Below, piece by piece: positions 12,201 to 27,200 of a stretch of DNA of 64,000 nt. Location: contig NC_092673.1 in assembly GCF_964355755.1 (NCBI RefSeq), positions 16,216,948 through 16,280,947 on the forward strand. Direction: 5' to 3'. Source of the stretch: Antedon mediterranea (lineage: Eukaryota > Animalia > Echinodermata). The position numbers were made by a program, and so were the translations under genes. The stretch's first letter is position 1; every line of letters begins with the position of its first letter. The notes under the pieces were generated by a model, which did not search any database, was not told the DNA's origin, and saw nothing but the letters and a program-made list of their open reading frames with translations.

Positions 12201-15200
12201 CAGGGATTTGCTAGTGTAATAGGCTAACATTCTATAGATCTGCTGAAGTAAACCCATTAACAAAAATCAAATTTTATTAAAACAAACCAAATAAAAAAAT
12301 AACTAAATAGTTATATATGATTTATGATAACTGATTTAAAATGTAAAGTCTAATTAATTGTAAATATGAAATAAAATTTGACAACTACTAAACAACTAAA
12401 AAATGTTTATGTTAAAAAAATTAATAGAATCTGATTTTAATAAAAAATGATTATTAATTAAAAACCTGCTCCCTCCCTTACCTTACAAAAAATGCTTCTG
12501 TCAGTCTATCCAGCTAATTATGAACATGGCTTTAAAGAAATCCTTTTCCAACCTAGGGTCTTTTTGTGCAAACATTTGCCACAAAATGAAGAGAAATGTA
12601 CACAATGTTTTGTTAGTTTTCAAAATCTAAATTGTTTGAGTAATGCAATTTAAAAAAGAAAAGTAATATGAAATTAGTCTTTTCAAACTGAATGCTTTTA
12701 AGAAAAGTTCCGTCTCTTATCTTATGACTTTTTTGAAAAAATTAATTCTCGTTTTTTTTTTTATTCAGTATATTACACAGAGGCGCCTTACAAAATGGAA
12801 CCATCTTAGCTTCAAGGCGCCTCAGATTAACAAATACAACATTTTAAAACAACTAACAGAAACATCAATTAAATCTTCCAGAATTAACAAGAAATTGTTG
12901 TACATAATAAAATAATAAAGCATTTTCACAATTCGAAAGAAGATCGGAACCAAAAATAAAAATTTCACTTAAAAATGTAAAATTAAATGTTAAAGAAAAA
13001 TCCTTGGCTAAGATATCCTCAATAATTGAGTTAGCGCTTACAAGTAGAATATCTCTTTGTGTATTATAATTAGGGCAGTAACATAAGAAATGAAGCGGAT
13101 TCTCAACATTAAAGCCACAAGTACAATTTGGATTGTCCCGAAGTCCATGTAAGAATAAATGCGAATTGAGACAGCTGAAACCAAGTCGGATTCTAGTGTG
13201 AATTTGGTTAATCTTCTTATCACCTGTATCATAATAAGAACGTTTTTTTGTTTCAAACAAATTGGATTTCAGTAGCAATTTTTTAAACTCAACAAGAAAT
13301 GAGGAATTTTTTATTTCATTATTTAACTCATTCCAATGTGTTATAATAGATGGGACAAAAGATAAACGATATGATGTGGTCTTACAAAATGGAATTATTA
13401 TATTTCGGATGTTACGCAAGTTATAAACTTCAATATTGTCAGAAAAATTAAATAAGAAGTAAAGATACACTGGTGTTAACTTATGAATAATTTTAAAAAA
13501 CAGTATTAGGTTAAGAAATTGTCTACGTTTTTCCAATGATAACCAGCCTAATTCTTATCTTAATGCATTATGACTTGTATGTTTCCACGCACCAGTACAT
13601 ATTCTACCTGCAGAAATCTGGATATTTTCTAGTTCATCACTTAATTTATCTGGGATATTACACCAAACAGGAGCTGCATATTCCATTAATGGTCTAACGT
13701 GTGATATGTAAATGTGACAGAGAGCCTGTCGAGGTAGAATATGTTTGACACGACGTAGCATATTTAAAGATAAAGACGCTTTGTTAATTACAGATTGGAT
13801 ATGGGAATCCCACTTGAGTTTTGCATTAAGCATTAAACCAAGATGCCTATGATCATTTACAAATTGTAGATTTACATTATTGAAATTTAAACTAACATAG
13901 TTATCTAAATGTTTACGTGTAAACAGTATAGCTTTCGTTTTGTTAGCATTGAATGTTACTTTCCATTTTTTTGCCCAATTATAAATGACATTAAGATCAC
14001 CATTTAATTTTTGTTCTGAAATATTACGATCTGTACAAATATCATATAACGAAGTATCATCTGCATATACACTAATATTAGATTTGATATTATCAACCAT
14101 ATCATTTATGAATACAATAAATAAAAATGGACCCAAAACAGATCCTTGGGGTACTCCTGCTGTAATGGTCACCCAATGACTGGTAGTTCCTTCAATAATA
14201 ACACGTTGCTCACGTGAGTTTAAGTAACTTTGGAACCATTTTAGAAGAGTGCCATTAATTCCATATTGATTTAATTTGTATATAATCCCATTATGCCAAA
14301 CTTTATCGAAGGCTTTGGAAATATCCAAAAATACCGAGATTACTTCTTTCCTTAAATCTAAAGCTCTATTAAATGTATCTATAAGATAAAGAAGTTGATA
14401 CGTTGTCGAGTCACCTGGTGTAAAACCAGATTGGAATTGAGTAAGAAGTTTATTATCCACAAAGTATTTATATACTATATCAAAAACTGCACGCTCAAAA
14501 ATTTTTGCAAAGTTGGAAAGTATGGATATAGGGCGGTAGTTCTCAATAAGGGATTTATTGCCTTTTTTATGCAGAGGAATGATATTTGATTTTTTCCATT
14601 CCACAGGAAAATATCCTTGGCTTATGCAGAAGTTATAAAGCTTTGTCAAATGGGGTGCAATAATTTCAGCAGATTCTATTAGTATGATACTGTGAATTTC
14701 ATCAGGTCCCATCGCCTTGTTTTTATCCAGCATAGTTAATAATTTCATGATCTCATCAACAGATAATTTGAGAGTTGAGAGTCTCGATGCAGTTCTATAT
14801 GTGAAGTCCGAAGGAAAATCATCATGATTAGGAATAAACGATTGAGATTTAAAATAATTGTTAAACGCTTTAACTTTCTCACTATTTAAAGTTAGGACAT
14901 CATCGTTTAATTTGATTGGAGGAATCTTATAATATTGTTTGGAATTACAAACTGAATTTATGGTAGACCACCAAGTTTTTGAATCACAGTTTTTATTCAT
15001 TAATAAATCAAATTGTTTATCCAAAAAAGTTTGTTTAGCTTTTCTTATTGCTTTAACAACTTTTGCGCGAATTTTCTTAAAACGTTGCATATGCGAATTT
15101 GAGTTATTTCGAGTGGAATGGGCGCGATTTCTTTTGCGAATAAGAGTTCTAATATGAGCATTAATCCAAGGCTTGTCATTAGGACGCACAGTTATAATTT

Positions 15201-18200
15201 TAGATATAATATAGTTATCAACACAATTATTAAATAAGTCAATCCAATTATGACAAACATCTTCAACCTTTGAAGATGAATAAACTTCTTCCCAATTTAC
15301 AGAATTAAGAATCAGTTTTTTCAAAAAGATATATTTTACGATTGTATGGCTTGTCCCGTGTGATACGAATATCAATATTTGCATATACTGGACTGTGATC
15401 ACAATTTAAAAGTGGGCACAATGCACCAAAATCATTAATATATACATTTTGACTAGTAACTATATGGTCAATACAAGACCGTTGGTCTTTTATACAACGT
15501 GTTGGCATATTGATGTGTTGAGTTAAACCGTTTTGTTGTAAAAATTCGTAAAATGATTTTCCAAATCTATTTGTGTTTCCATCATTGTACCAGTTGTTAT
15601 TTTGAGCATTCATATCGCCCATCATTAAAGTTAAGCTGTGTCGAGACAAAACAAAGTTATTAGTACTGTTTTGAAAATAGTCAAGTAGATCCTGATCAGA
15701 TTGAACATCACTTTGTGGTGGCCTATAACATACATAAGTCAAAATCGTCCAGTTTGAAACTTGTATTTCACACCTTATCACATCTGAGATCATTACAAAT
15801 ATGGGAATTAACTAAGTGTATAGAATTAGATATGTAAAAAGCACATCTGCCGCCATGGCGGTTTCTATCATTTCTAATAGGTTCTTGATAACCGTCTAGT
15901 AAAATGTCATGGTTCAAGATAGTTTGATCTAGCCATGTTTCTGTTAAAGCAATAATATCATAGTTATTTAAATTTGCTAGGTGTTGAATTTCAGCTAGTT
16001 TACCTGGAACGATTAGACTACGTATGTTAATATGGCAAACTGTAAACTGTTCCGGACCAGGATTTGGATGTATATCGCCGCACATTAAAAGCATGCACAT
16101 TAGAACATTATTACGCCCCAAATTTATGATAAATAAATTATCCATTATCAGTAAAAAAAATAAGTAAAGTACTCACTTTAAAAACGCTAGCACATATGAG
16201 AACACTTAGCCAAACGAACATAGTAAACATTGAAATAAAAACAAGAGAACACGTTTTTGCTATCTAAAATCAACAAATAATGGTCAAATTCCGTCGGTAA
16301 GAAACGTACTGTTAATGACACTGCACAGTCTAAACGTTCTTAATGTTCAGCAATCAGTCGTTCAAAATCATTTTCATTCTTGATATGCTTGGGTTTTTCT
16401 TCACCTTTACATAGGGCCCATATCTTGCATCTGTTAGTCCAGGCACGTTGAACTCCATCATGGTGTCTTACCTTCCAAAAGAGATTGAAATTTGCTTTTG
16501 TTAGGTCTTCCGAGATATAAACCGGCATACCCTTCAGTTTGGATTTGGCTGCAAACACATTGTTACGGGTCCTGATTGAATTGAACCGAACAATTATTGG
16601 CCTAGGCTTGTCAGTAATAGGACCGATTCGATGAGATACTTCAATATCGTCGGACTTGAAAGTGATACCCATTTTGTCGCGAATAATTCTCGTTAAAATA
16701 TAATATACTAGTAAGTGCTCACAGATGCTTCTCGAATACATGAACTTTGGTAAATAACTGAAAATTGCACTGTACACAAAGCAATACAGATATGATGGAA
16801 TTTATGTATTCAAATATAATTGTCATCCTGAGAATTACCTTAATTTTGTTTATTGCATGGTATTGTTCACCAAATTCCTGTCTTGGTACATTTGATGATG
16901 GGATGGTACTGTATCAGGCTTCATGATATGATATGATCTTCATCGAGGCAAATGATAAATTTGTTTTGATCGTCAATATTCATTCATTCATTCATTCATT
17001 CAGGCTTATCGCCTGACTATTTACTTTAGGCCTCTGGCCCCTAGTAATTAATAAAATAATAATTACATTGAAAAATAAAGCAATTTATGGTCACAAGATA
17101 AATGAATTAATTAATTTCGTTCTCTAAGCAAAACATATATCTTAACTTATAAGCATGATAAATATATTTAGATAGATTATCAATAATTATTGGATCCTGT
17201 GATGATATTAAACGGCAGAATTTAAAAGTATTTGGATTTTCAAAAAATAAAGAAGGTATAAATATTTTTCTGATTTCCTTGTAACGAGAGCAAACTGTAA
17301 CAAAATGATATTCATCTTCAACTTCGTTTTTATCACATATTTTACATAACCTATTTCTGCGTTCTATTCTTTTCCAGTACAGTAAGTAGATAACCATAAT
17401 AAATGCACACGCTCCCAAAGTAATAATGACTTATCTATTCCATTATGGAATAACTCTCAGGGTAAAAGAACTTTTGTTTTATTATAGATCAACTAAATTA
17501 TGGAATTCTCTACCAAATAACACAAAATCAGAACTGCATAATATGTCTTTGGCAACTTTTAAATCTTCACTATAGAAATCATATATGTATTAACCTTTTT
17601 GCCTTCACAATTGTAAATAGTTTTATATCTGTTTTCTTTTCTTTTGTTTTTCTTTTTTTTTTTTTTTTTGTTGTATGTTTACTGAACCACTTTGGAAATC
17701 AGTACATTTGTATTGAAAGTGTATTTCAGTTTAAAGAAAGAAGAAATAAATAAATAGATTTTAATGATTACTTACATTAAAGTAATAGGCTAACAATCAC
17801 TAGATCTGATCCATGGTAAGATATTATATTTTGTTTTCATTTATCAATAATGATAATTAGGATTTTATCACATTATTTAGCAGTAATTGTTGTTGTTTAT
17901 ATTAACAAAAAAAAACAATTTCACATAATGTCTGTTGTCAGTATTTATAAACATTCATGATTATGATTCCTTTCCAGTATCGTGACACTCCATTACATTC
18001 ATATTTGAAGAGAACTGCACCTACCTTAGAAATAGTGACGTGTCTCATTCAGCATGAGGCGCCAGTAGCATTGCAAAATAAGGTAAATGTATAGGGATTT
18101 GCTAGTGTAATAAGCTAACATTCTATAGATCTACTGAAGTAAACCATTTAATGAGAGAAAAAAGTAAGCACATTAACAAAAATCAAATTTGATTAAAACA

Positions 18201-21200
18201 AACCAAATAAAAAATAACTAAATAGTTATATATGATTTATGATAACTGATTTAAAGTGTACAGTTACCTATCATATAACATAAATCTTTAATTTTCTTAA
18301 TGAACAAAAAAATCAATTTTTTTTATATATTCAGTTATTAATTAACAATTATTGACAATGGTCTAATATGAAATAAAATGCGACAACTACTAAACAATTA
18401 AAAATGTTTATGTTAAAAAAATTAATAGAATCTGATTTTAATAAAAAATAATTATTAATTAAAAACCTGCTCCCTCCCTTACCTTACAAAAAATGCTTCT
18501 GTCAGTCTATCCAGCTAATTATGAAAATGGCCTTAAAGAAATCTTTTTCCAACCTAGGGTTCTCACAGATGCTTCTCGAATACATGAACTTTGGTAAATA
18601 ACTGAAAATTGCACTGGACACCAGGCAAATAAATACAGATATGATGGAATTTATGTAGTCAAATATAATTGTCATCCTGAGAATTACCTTAATTTTGTTT
18701 ATTGCATGGTATTGTTCACCAAATTCCTGTCTTGGTACATTTGATGATGGGATGTTATCAGGTTTCATGATATGATATGATTTTCATCGAGGCAAATGGT
18801 TTAAATTAAATTTGTTATCGTTAATATCTAACTTAGCTTAATTATGATATTGGTTTCATTGGGTGTTAAAAATCAGTACTGAAAGTATGTACCAACTTTC
18901 TCTACCATTGAGTATAAATTCTAGAAGTTGCACTTAATTTACTAAAATTTCCCATTACCTAAATATATATGTAAATTCATTTAACTGCTTATTGGCTTCA
19001 TATTGTTAACATCTAAACATTTGTTTGTACAATTTTATGAAATATGTATTTTATTAATGTTCAAATTTTGTGATTGATATTGTACAGTAAGTAGATTTTA
19101 ATGATTACTTACATTAAGTAATAGGCTAACAATCACTAGATCTGATCCATGGTAATATATTATATTTTGTTTTCATTTATCAATAATGATAATTAGAATT
19201 TTATCACATTATTTAGCAGTAATTGTTGTTGTTTGTATTTACAAAAAAAAACAATTTCACATAATGTCTGTTTGTCAGTATTTATAAGCTTCATGATTAT
19301 CATTCCTTTCCAGGATGGTAACACTCTATTACATTCATATCTGAGGAGTGGATATCTGAGGCGTGTATATACAACAACTATACTGGTACCTACCTTAGAA
19401 ATAGTGACGTATCTCATAATGTCTGTTGTCAGTATTTATAAACTTCATTATGATTCCTTTCCAGTCTGGTGACACTCTATTACATTCATATCTGAGGAGT
19501 GGAAATACACCTACCTTAGAAATAGTGACGTGTCTCATTCAGCATGGGACACCAGTAGCATTGCAAAATAAGGTAAATGTACAGGAATTTGCTAGTGTAA
19601 TAAGCTAACATTATATAGATCTGCTGAAGTAAACCATTTAATGAGAGAAAAAAGTAAGCACATTAACAAAAATCAAATTTTATTAAAACAAACCAAATAA
19701 AAAAATAACTAAATAGTTATATATGATTTATGATAACTGATTTAAAGTGTACAGTTACCTATCATATAATATAAATCTTTAATTTTCTTAATGAACAATA
19801 AAATCTATTTTTTTTATATATTCAGTTATTAATTAACAATTATTGATAATGGTCTAATTAATTGTAAATATGAAATAAAATGGGACAACTACTAAACAAA
19901 AATTAATAGAATCTGATTTTAATAAAAAAAAATTATTAATTGATAATGATTATTAATTAATAATGTGCTCCTTCCCTTATCTTACAAAAAAAATTCTTCT
20001 GTCAGTCTATCTAGCTAATTATAAACATGGCCTTAAACTACATCTGGAGATCCTTTTCCAACCTAGGATCTTTTTGTGCAAACATTTTTTGATCTTCATC
20101 GAGGCAAATGATAAATTTGTTTTGATCGTCAATATTCATTCATTCATTCATTCATTCAGGCTTATTGCCTGACTTTATTTACTTTAGGCCTCTGGCCCCT
20201 AGTAATTAATAAAATAATAATTACATTGAAAAATAAAGCAATTTATGGTCACAAGATAAATGAATTAATTAACTTATAAGCATGATAAATATATTTAGAT
20301 AGATTATCAATAATTATTGGATCCTGTGATGAAATTAAACGGCAGAATTTAAAAGTATTTGGATTTTCAAAAAATAAAGAAGGTATAAATTTTTTTCTGA
20401 TTTCCTTGTAACGAGAGCAAACTGTAACAAAATGATATTCACCTTCAACTTCATTTATATCACATATTTTACATAACCTATTGTTGCGCTCTATTCTTTT
20501 CCATCTTCCCTTTTCTACCTCTAGTTGAAGTGTGCCCGGTCTTTTAGTTGACTTAAAGCTCGCTTATATCTAGTATCAAGGGTCTGTAGTAAGTATCCAT
20601 CTACTCCGAAATTGTTTTTGAACATTTTATAATATCTTAATTTTGAAGAAATATTTATGCTTTCATGAAAGGATTGGCGTTCCATATCGGTTAGCCTTTC
20701 TTTTATTTGATTAATTATATGAAATTTATCAAGGACATTATTTTGTGAAAACCATATGTTTCCATGACCAATAGAGCATAACATATGTTTTACATCGCTT
20801 ACCCAACAATTACTATTATTTTGCGCTTTATGAAGTTGAGATTTATAACATTTCTTCGCATATCTGTCCTCGTTCATATTTACTAGTCTTACCCAATAAC
20901 GGATAACATTGAGTACACCTTCGATTGATAAAGAGAATCGTCTACATTCCCCTCTAATTGAAACATTTGTGGCTGATTTCCCGACCCCTAAAACATATCT
21001 ACAGAAATTATTTTGAATATCATCAATTTTGTTGTTGTTTAGTTTTCCCCATATTTCACTACCATACAGTATAATTGGGTTTATTTTAACATCAAATAAG
21101 TTAGTTCCAAATATTCACTAGTAAATGTCCATATTTCTGATATACTATATTTTTGAGTGAGAAAAGTGCTTTATTAGCCTGTGTATTATTTTGTTCTCTG

Positions 21201-24200
21201 GCCTTTTCCCAAATTCCTGAACAATCGAAAGTGACTCCAAGATATTTAAGAGATTTTACTATTTCAATTTCTTTACCAAGTTAATTCCACTTTTCGTAGT
21301 TCTTAAGTTTTCCATTTAAAAAAAATACTATTTTACTTTTGTCAATGTTAACTACCAATCCCTACCTATTACAATAATATGCTAATTTATTTAAAAGATC
21401 TTGTAATGAGTACACTGTATCACTGATTAAAACTAGATCATCTGCATACAGTAGGTGATTAATATTTATGTTATCAATTTTTATTTTGTTTCGATTTTCA
21501 GCAGTATGATAACTCAGTTATATCATTAATTATTAAATAATAATGAAGATAAAGGTGACCCTTGTTGTATTCCTACTTCACATTTAAAGGATTCTCCAAT
21601 TTGTTGCCAACCTTTACATGCCCTTTTAATTTACTATACATTGTTTTTATAACTTTGATTATTTTACCTTTTATACCAGATTTTCTTAGTTTACAAGGAA
21701 ATCGTGTCTAATAGAATCGAAAGCGCGTTTTAAATCTATAAACGCCATGTACACAGTTCCTCGTTTTTTTGAGAAATATTTGTTAACAATTGTGTATAAA
21801 ATAAATATGTTATCAATAGTACGACAATCTTTTCTAAACCATCCCTGTTCTTGATGTAATATTTCATTTTCTTCTGTCCATTTGCTTAATCTATTGCTTA
21901 TAATGTATAACAAGCACGAATGTGCAATACTCGGGGTACAGCGAAAGAAGCTGTAATGACGTCATAAGACCGGATGTAACGTCACATACACATCAATAAC
22001 CGCGCTACCAAATACGGCTATACGGTACCATCTTCGAGACGTGATATGGCTGCATCCGGTTTGAAATTAAAAAATCCAGCTCTATAGATTTGAGGACATG
22101 TCCCTGTAGTATATTCATGCTAAATCTGAGCTCAATACTACAACGAATAAGGGAGGAGTAGTACTTTATAAATCGCACTTTTTGCTCAATAGTGTCCAGA
22201 TGGAAGAAGAAGAGGAAAAGATGAGAGAGTCCTAGACTCAGGTACCCCGGGTAATAAAACGAGATATACTCTATATCATATTACGTATACAGTATATTTC
22301 ACCATAAAGTTAAAGAAAAATAGGTTTCGTCAGGGCTCGAACCGGGACCTTCTGCGTGTTAAGCAGACTTGACCACCACTACACTACGAAACCTCTTACA
22401 CTAAAAATGTGGGTTACACAAAGTTTTTTTATCCATTTAAATTACAAATAAATATGGTAATAAGCATAAAGCAAAATAAACGTGTGTAAAAGTGATAATT
22501 ACCGATTACACAAAGTAAGTATTTAAAAAAATAATAAAAATAAGATATAGTGTGTATAATTATCATATTGCGTATACAGTACTTTTCACCATATAAAGTT
22601 TAAAAAAAAAACCTTCGTCCGGGCTCGAACCAGGTACCTTCTGCGTGTTAAGCAAACGTGATAACCACTCGCCAAGAAGCCGCATATAACTACATAACGC
22701 TGTGGTGTGTGTCACACATTGTGGCTTCTTAATTGAAAAAATTAATTAACAAAAAAGCACGAATGTGCGATACTCGGGGTGCAGCAAATGAAGCTGTAAT
22801 GACGTCATAAGACGGGATGTGACGTCACATACACATCAATAACCTACCAAATACGGCTATATGGTACCACTCGCCAAGAAGCCGCATATAACTACATAAC
22901 GCTGTGGTGTGTGTCACACATTGTGGCTTCTTAATTGAAAAAATTAATTAACAAAAAAGCACGAATGTGCGATACTCGGGGTGCAGCAAATGAAGCTGTA
23001 ATGACGTCATAAGACGGGATGTGACGTCACATACACATCAATAACCTACCAAATACGGCTATATGGTACCATATCCGAGACGTCATATGGCTGCATCCGA
23101 TTTGAAATTTAAAAATCTGTCTCTATAGCTTTGAGGACATGTCCCTGTAGTATATTCATGCCAAATCCCAGCTCAATACTACAACGAATAAGGGAGGAGT
23201 AGTACTTTAAAAATCGCACTTTTTACTCAATAGTGTCCAGATGGAGGAAGAGGAGAAAATGAGTAAGTACTAGACTCGGGTACCCCGAGTAAAAACACCT
23301 TGCCTAAAGTGAATATTAAGGATACGCCACTATAATTTGCTGGTTGATCTCTTTTACTCTTTTTAAATATAGGAATAATAATGCTTGTTGCCCATTGCTG
23401 GGAAAAATTTCCAGAGGTAAAAATACTATTAAAAATTTTCGTAATTGCGCTAATAGCAGCATTTGGCATACAAGTAAAAAATTCAATTGGGAATCCATCA
23501 ATACCTGGAGCTTTACCCCTTTTCTGTGCTTTAATTGCATAAATTACTTCTTCCCGGCTGATTTCTTCATTGTAACAATCGTTATGTTCGCAATTGTTAT
23601 CGTTATCGTCTTCTATATTGATTTCTTGTATATTATTTGTTTGATTTTGGAACATTGTTTTGAAGTAATCATGCCATTTTTTAAGTGTAATGTTTGTCAC
23701 ATTTTGTTGTCGTTTGGTTTTAAGGTTTTTCCAAAATATTGTACTGTTATGTTCCTTTATTAACCTGATTAATTTTTGTTGTGATGAATTTTTATGTTTA
23801 TTTTTTTTAAATTTTATTAATTTTTTATAACTCCTTTTCTTTAACAGATATTCATTTAATAGGGTGTTAGTTTTGTATTTTCTATATTTATTAAGAATGC
23901 TACGAATAATAATTTTCTTTTTTATGCATTGACGATCAAACCATGTATTCTTGGGCAATTTTGTGCATTTTTGTTGTATTTGTGTTTGTTTTTTTGTATT
24001 TATGTACATTTATAGTACACTGGTTTTCATTAGGTGTTAAAAATCAGTACCGGAAGTATGTACAAACTTTCTCTACCATTGAGTATAAATTCTAGAAGTT
24101 GCACTTAATTTACTAAAATTTCCCATTACCTAAATTTATATGTAAATTCATTTAACTGCTTATTGGTCTCATATTGTTAACATCTAAACATTTGTTTGTA

Positions 24201-27200
24201 CAATTTTATGAAATATGTATTTTATTAATGTTTACATTTTGTGATTGATATTGTACAGTACGTAGATTTTAATGATTACTTACATTAAGTAATAGGCTAA
24301 CAATCACTAGATCTGATCCATGGTAAGATATTATATTTTGTTTTCATTTATCAATAATGATAATTAGGATTTTATCACATTATTTAGCAGTAATTGTTGT
24401 TGTTTGTATTTACAAAAAAAAACAATTTCACATAATGTCTGTTGTCAGTATTTATAAACGTTCATGATTATGATTTTTTTCCAGGATGGTAACACTCCAT
24501 TACAGTCATATCTGTGGAGTGTATATACACCTACCTTAGAAATAGTTACGTGTCTCATTCAGCATGGGGCACCATTAGCATTGCAAAATAAGGTAAATGT
24601 ACAGGGATTTGCTAGTGTAATAGGCTAACATTCTATAGATCTGCTGAAGTAAACCCATTAACAAAAATCAAATTTTATTAAAACAAACCAAATAAAAAAA
24701 TAACTAAATAGTTATATATGATTTATGATAACTGATTTAAAATGTAAAGTCTAATTAATTGTAAATATGAAATAAAATTTGACAACTACTAAACAACTAA
24801 AAAATGTTTATGTTAAAAAAATTAATAGAATCTGATTTTAATAAAAAATGATTATTAATTAAAAACCTGCTCCCTCCCTTACCTTACAAAAAATGCTTCT
24901 GTCAGTCTATCCAGCTAATTATGAACATGGCTTTAAAGAAATCCTTTTCCAACCTAGGGTCTTTTTGTGCAAACATTTGCCACAAAATGAAGAGAAATGT
25001 ACACAATGTTTTGTTAGTTTTCAAAATCTAAATTGTTTGAGTAATGCAATTTAAAAAAGAAAAGTAATATGAAATTAGTCTTTTCAAACTGAATGCTTTT
25101 AAGAAAAGTTCCGTCTCTTATCTTATGACTTTTTTGAAAAAATTAATTCTCGTTTTTTTTTTATTCAGTATATTACACAGAGGCGCCTTACAAAATGGAA
25201 CCATCTTAGCTTCAAGGCGCCTCAGATTAACAAATACAACATTTTAAAACAACTAACAGAAACATCAATTAAATCTTCCAGAATTAACAAGAAATTGTTG
25301 TACATAATAAAATAATAAAGCATTTTCACAATTCGAAAGAAGATCGGAACCAAAAATAAAAATTTCACTTAAAAATGTTAAATTAAATGTTAAAGAAAAA
25401 TCCTTGGCTAAGATATCCTCAATAATTGAGTTAGCGCTTACAAGTAGAATATCTCTTTGTGTATTATAATTAGGGCAGTAACATAAGAAATGAAGCGGAT
25501 TCTCAACATTAAAGCCACAAGTACAATTTGGATTGTCCCGAAGTCCATGTAAGAATAAATGCGAATTGAGACAGCTGAAACCAAGTCGGATTCTAGTGTG
25601 AATTTGGTTAATCTTCTTATCACCTGTATCATAATAAGAACGTTTTTTTGTTTCAAACAAATTGGATTTCAGTAGCAATTTTTTAAACTCAACAAGAAAT
25701 GAGGAATTTTTTATTTCATTATTTAACTCATTCCAATGTGTTATAATAGATGGGACAAAAGATAAACGATATGATGTGGTCTTACAAAATGGAATTATTA
25801 TATTTCGGATGTTACGCAAGTTATAAACTTCAATATTGTCAGAAAAATTAAATAAGAAGTAAAGATACACTGGTGTTAACTTATGAATAATTTTAAAAAA
25901 CAGTATTAGGTTAAGAAATTGTCTACGTTTTTCCAATGATAACCAGCCTAATTCTTGTCTTAATGCATTATGACTTGTATGTTTCCACGCACCAGTACAT
26001 ATTCTACCTGCAGAAATCTGGATATTTTCTAGTTCATCACTTAATTTATCTGGGATATTACACCAAACAGGAGCTGCATATTCCATTAATGGTCTAACGT
26101 GTGATATGTAAATGTGACAGAGAGCCTGTCGAGGTAGAATATGTTTGACACGACGTAGCATATTTAAAGATAAAGACGCTTTGTTAATTACAGATTGGAT
26201 ATGGGAATCCCACTTGAGTTTTGCATTAAGCATTAAACCAAGATGCCTATGATCATTTACAAATTGTAGATTTACATTATTGAAATTTAAACTAACATAG
26301 TTATCTAAATGTTTACGTGTAAACAGTATAGCTTTCGTTTTGTTAGCATTGAATGTTACTTTCCATTTTTTTGCCCAATTATAAATGACATTAAGATCAC
26401 CATTTAATTTTTGTTCTGAAATATTACGATCTGTACAAATATCATATAACGAAGTATCATCTGCATATACACTAATATTAGATTTGATATTATCAACCAT
26501 ATCATTTATGAATACAATAAATAAAAATGGACCCAAAACAGATCCTTGGGGTACTCCTGCTGTAATGGTCACCCAATGACTGGTAGTTCCTTCAATAATA
26601 ACACGTTGCTCACGTGAGTTTAAGTAACTTTGGAACCATTTTAGAAGAGTGCCATTAATTCCATATTGATTTAATTTGTATATAATCCCATTATGCCAAA
26701 CTTTATCGAAGGCTTTGGAAATATCCAAAAATACCGAGATTACTTCTTTCCTTAAATCTAAAGCTCTATTAAATGTATCTATAAGATAAAGAAGTTGATA
26801 CGTTGTCGAGTCACCTGGTGTAAAACCAGATTGGAATTGAGTAAGAAGTTTATTATCCACAAAGTATTTATATACTATATCAAAAACTGCACGCTCAAAA
26901 ATTTTTGCAAAGTTGGAAAGTATGGATATAGGGCGGTAGTTCTCAATAAGGGATTTATTGCCTTTTTTATGCAGAGGAATGACATTTGATTTTTTCCATT
27001 CCACAGGAAAATATCCTTGGCTTATGCAGAAGTTATAAAGCTTTGTCAAATGGGGTGCAATAATTTCAGCAGATTCTATTAGTATGATACTGTGAATTTC
27101 ATCAGGTCCCATCGCCTTGTTTTTATCCAGCATAGTTAATAATTTCATGATCTCATCAACAGATAATTTGAGAGTTGAGAGTCTCGATGCAGTTCTATAT

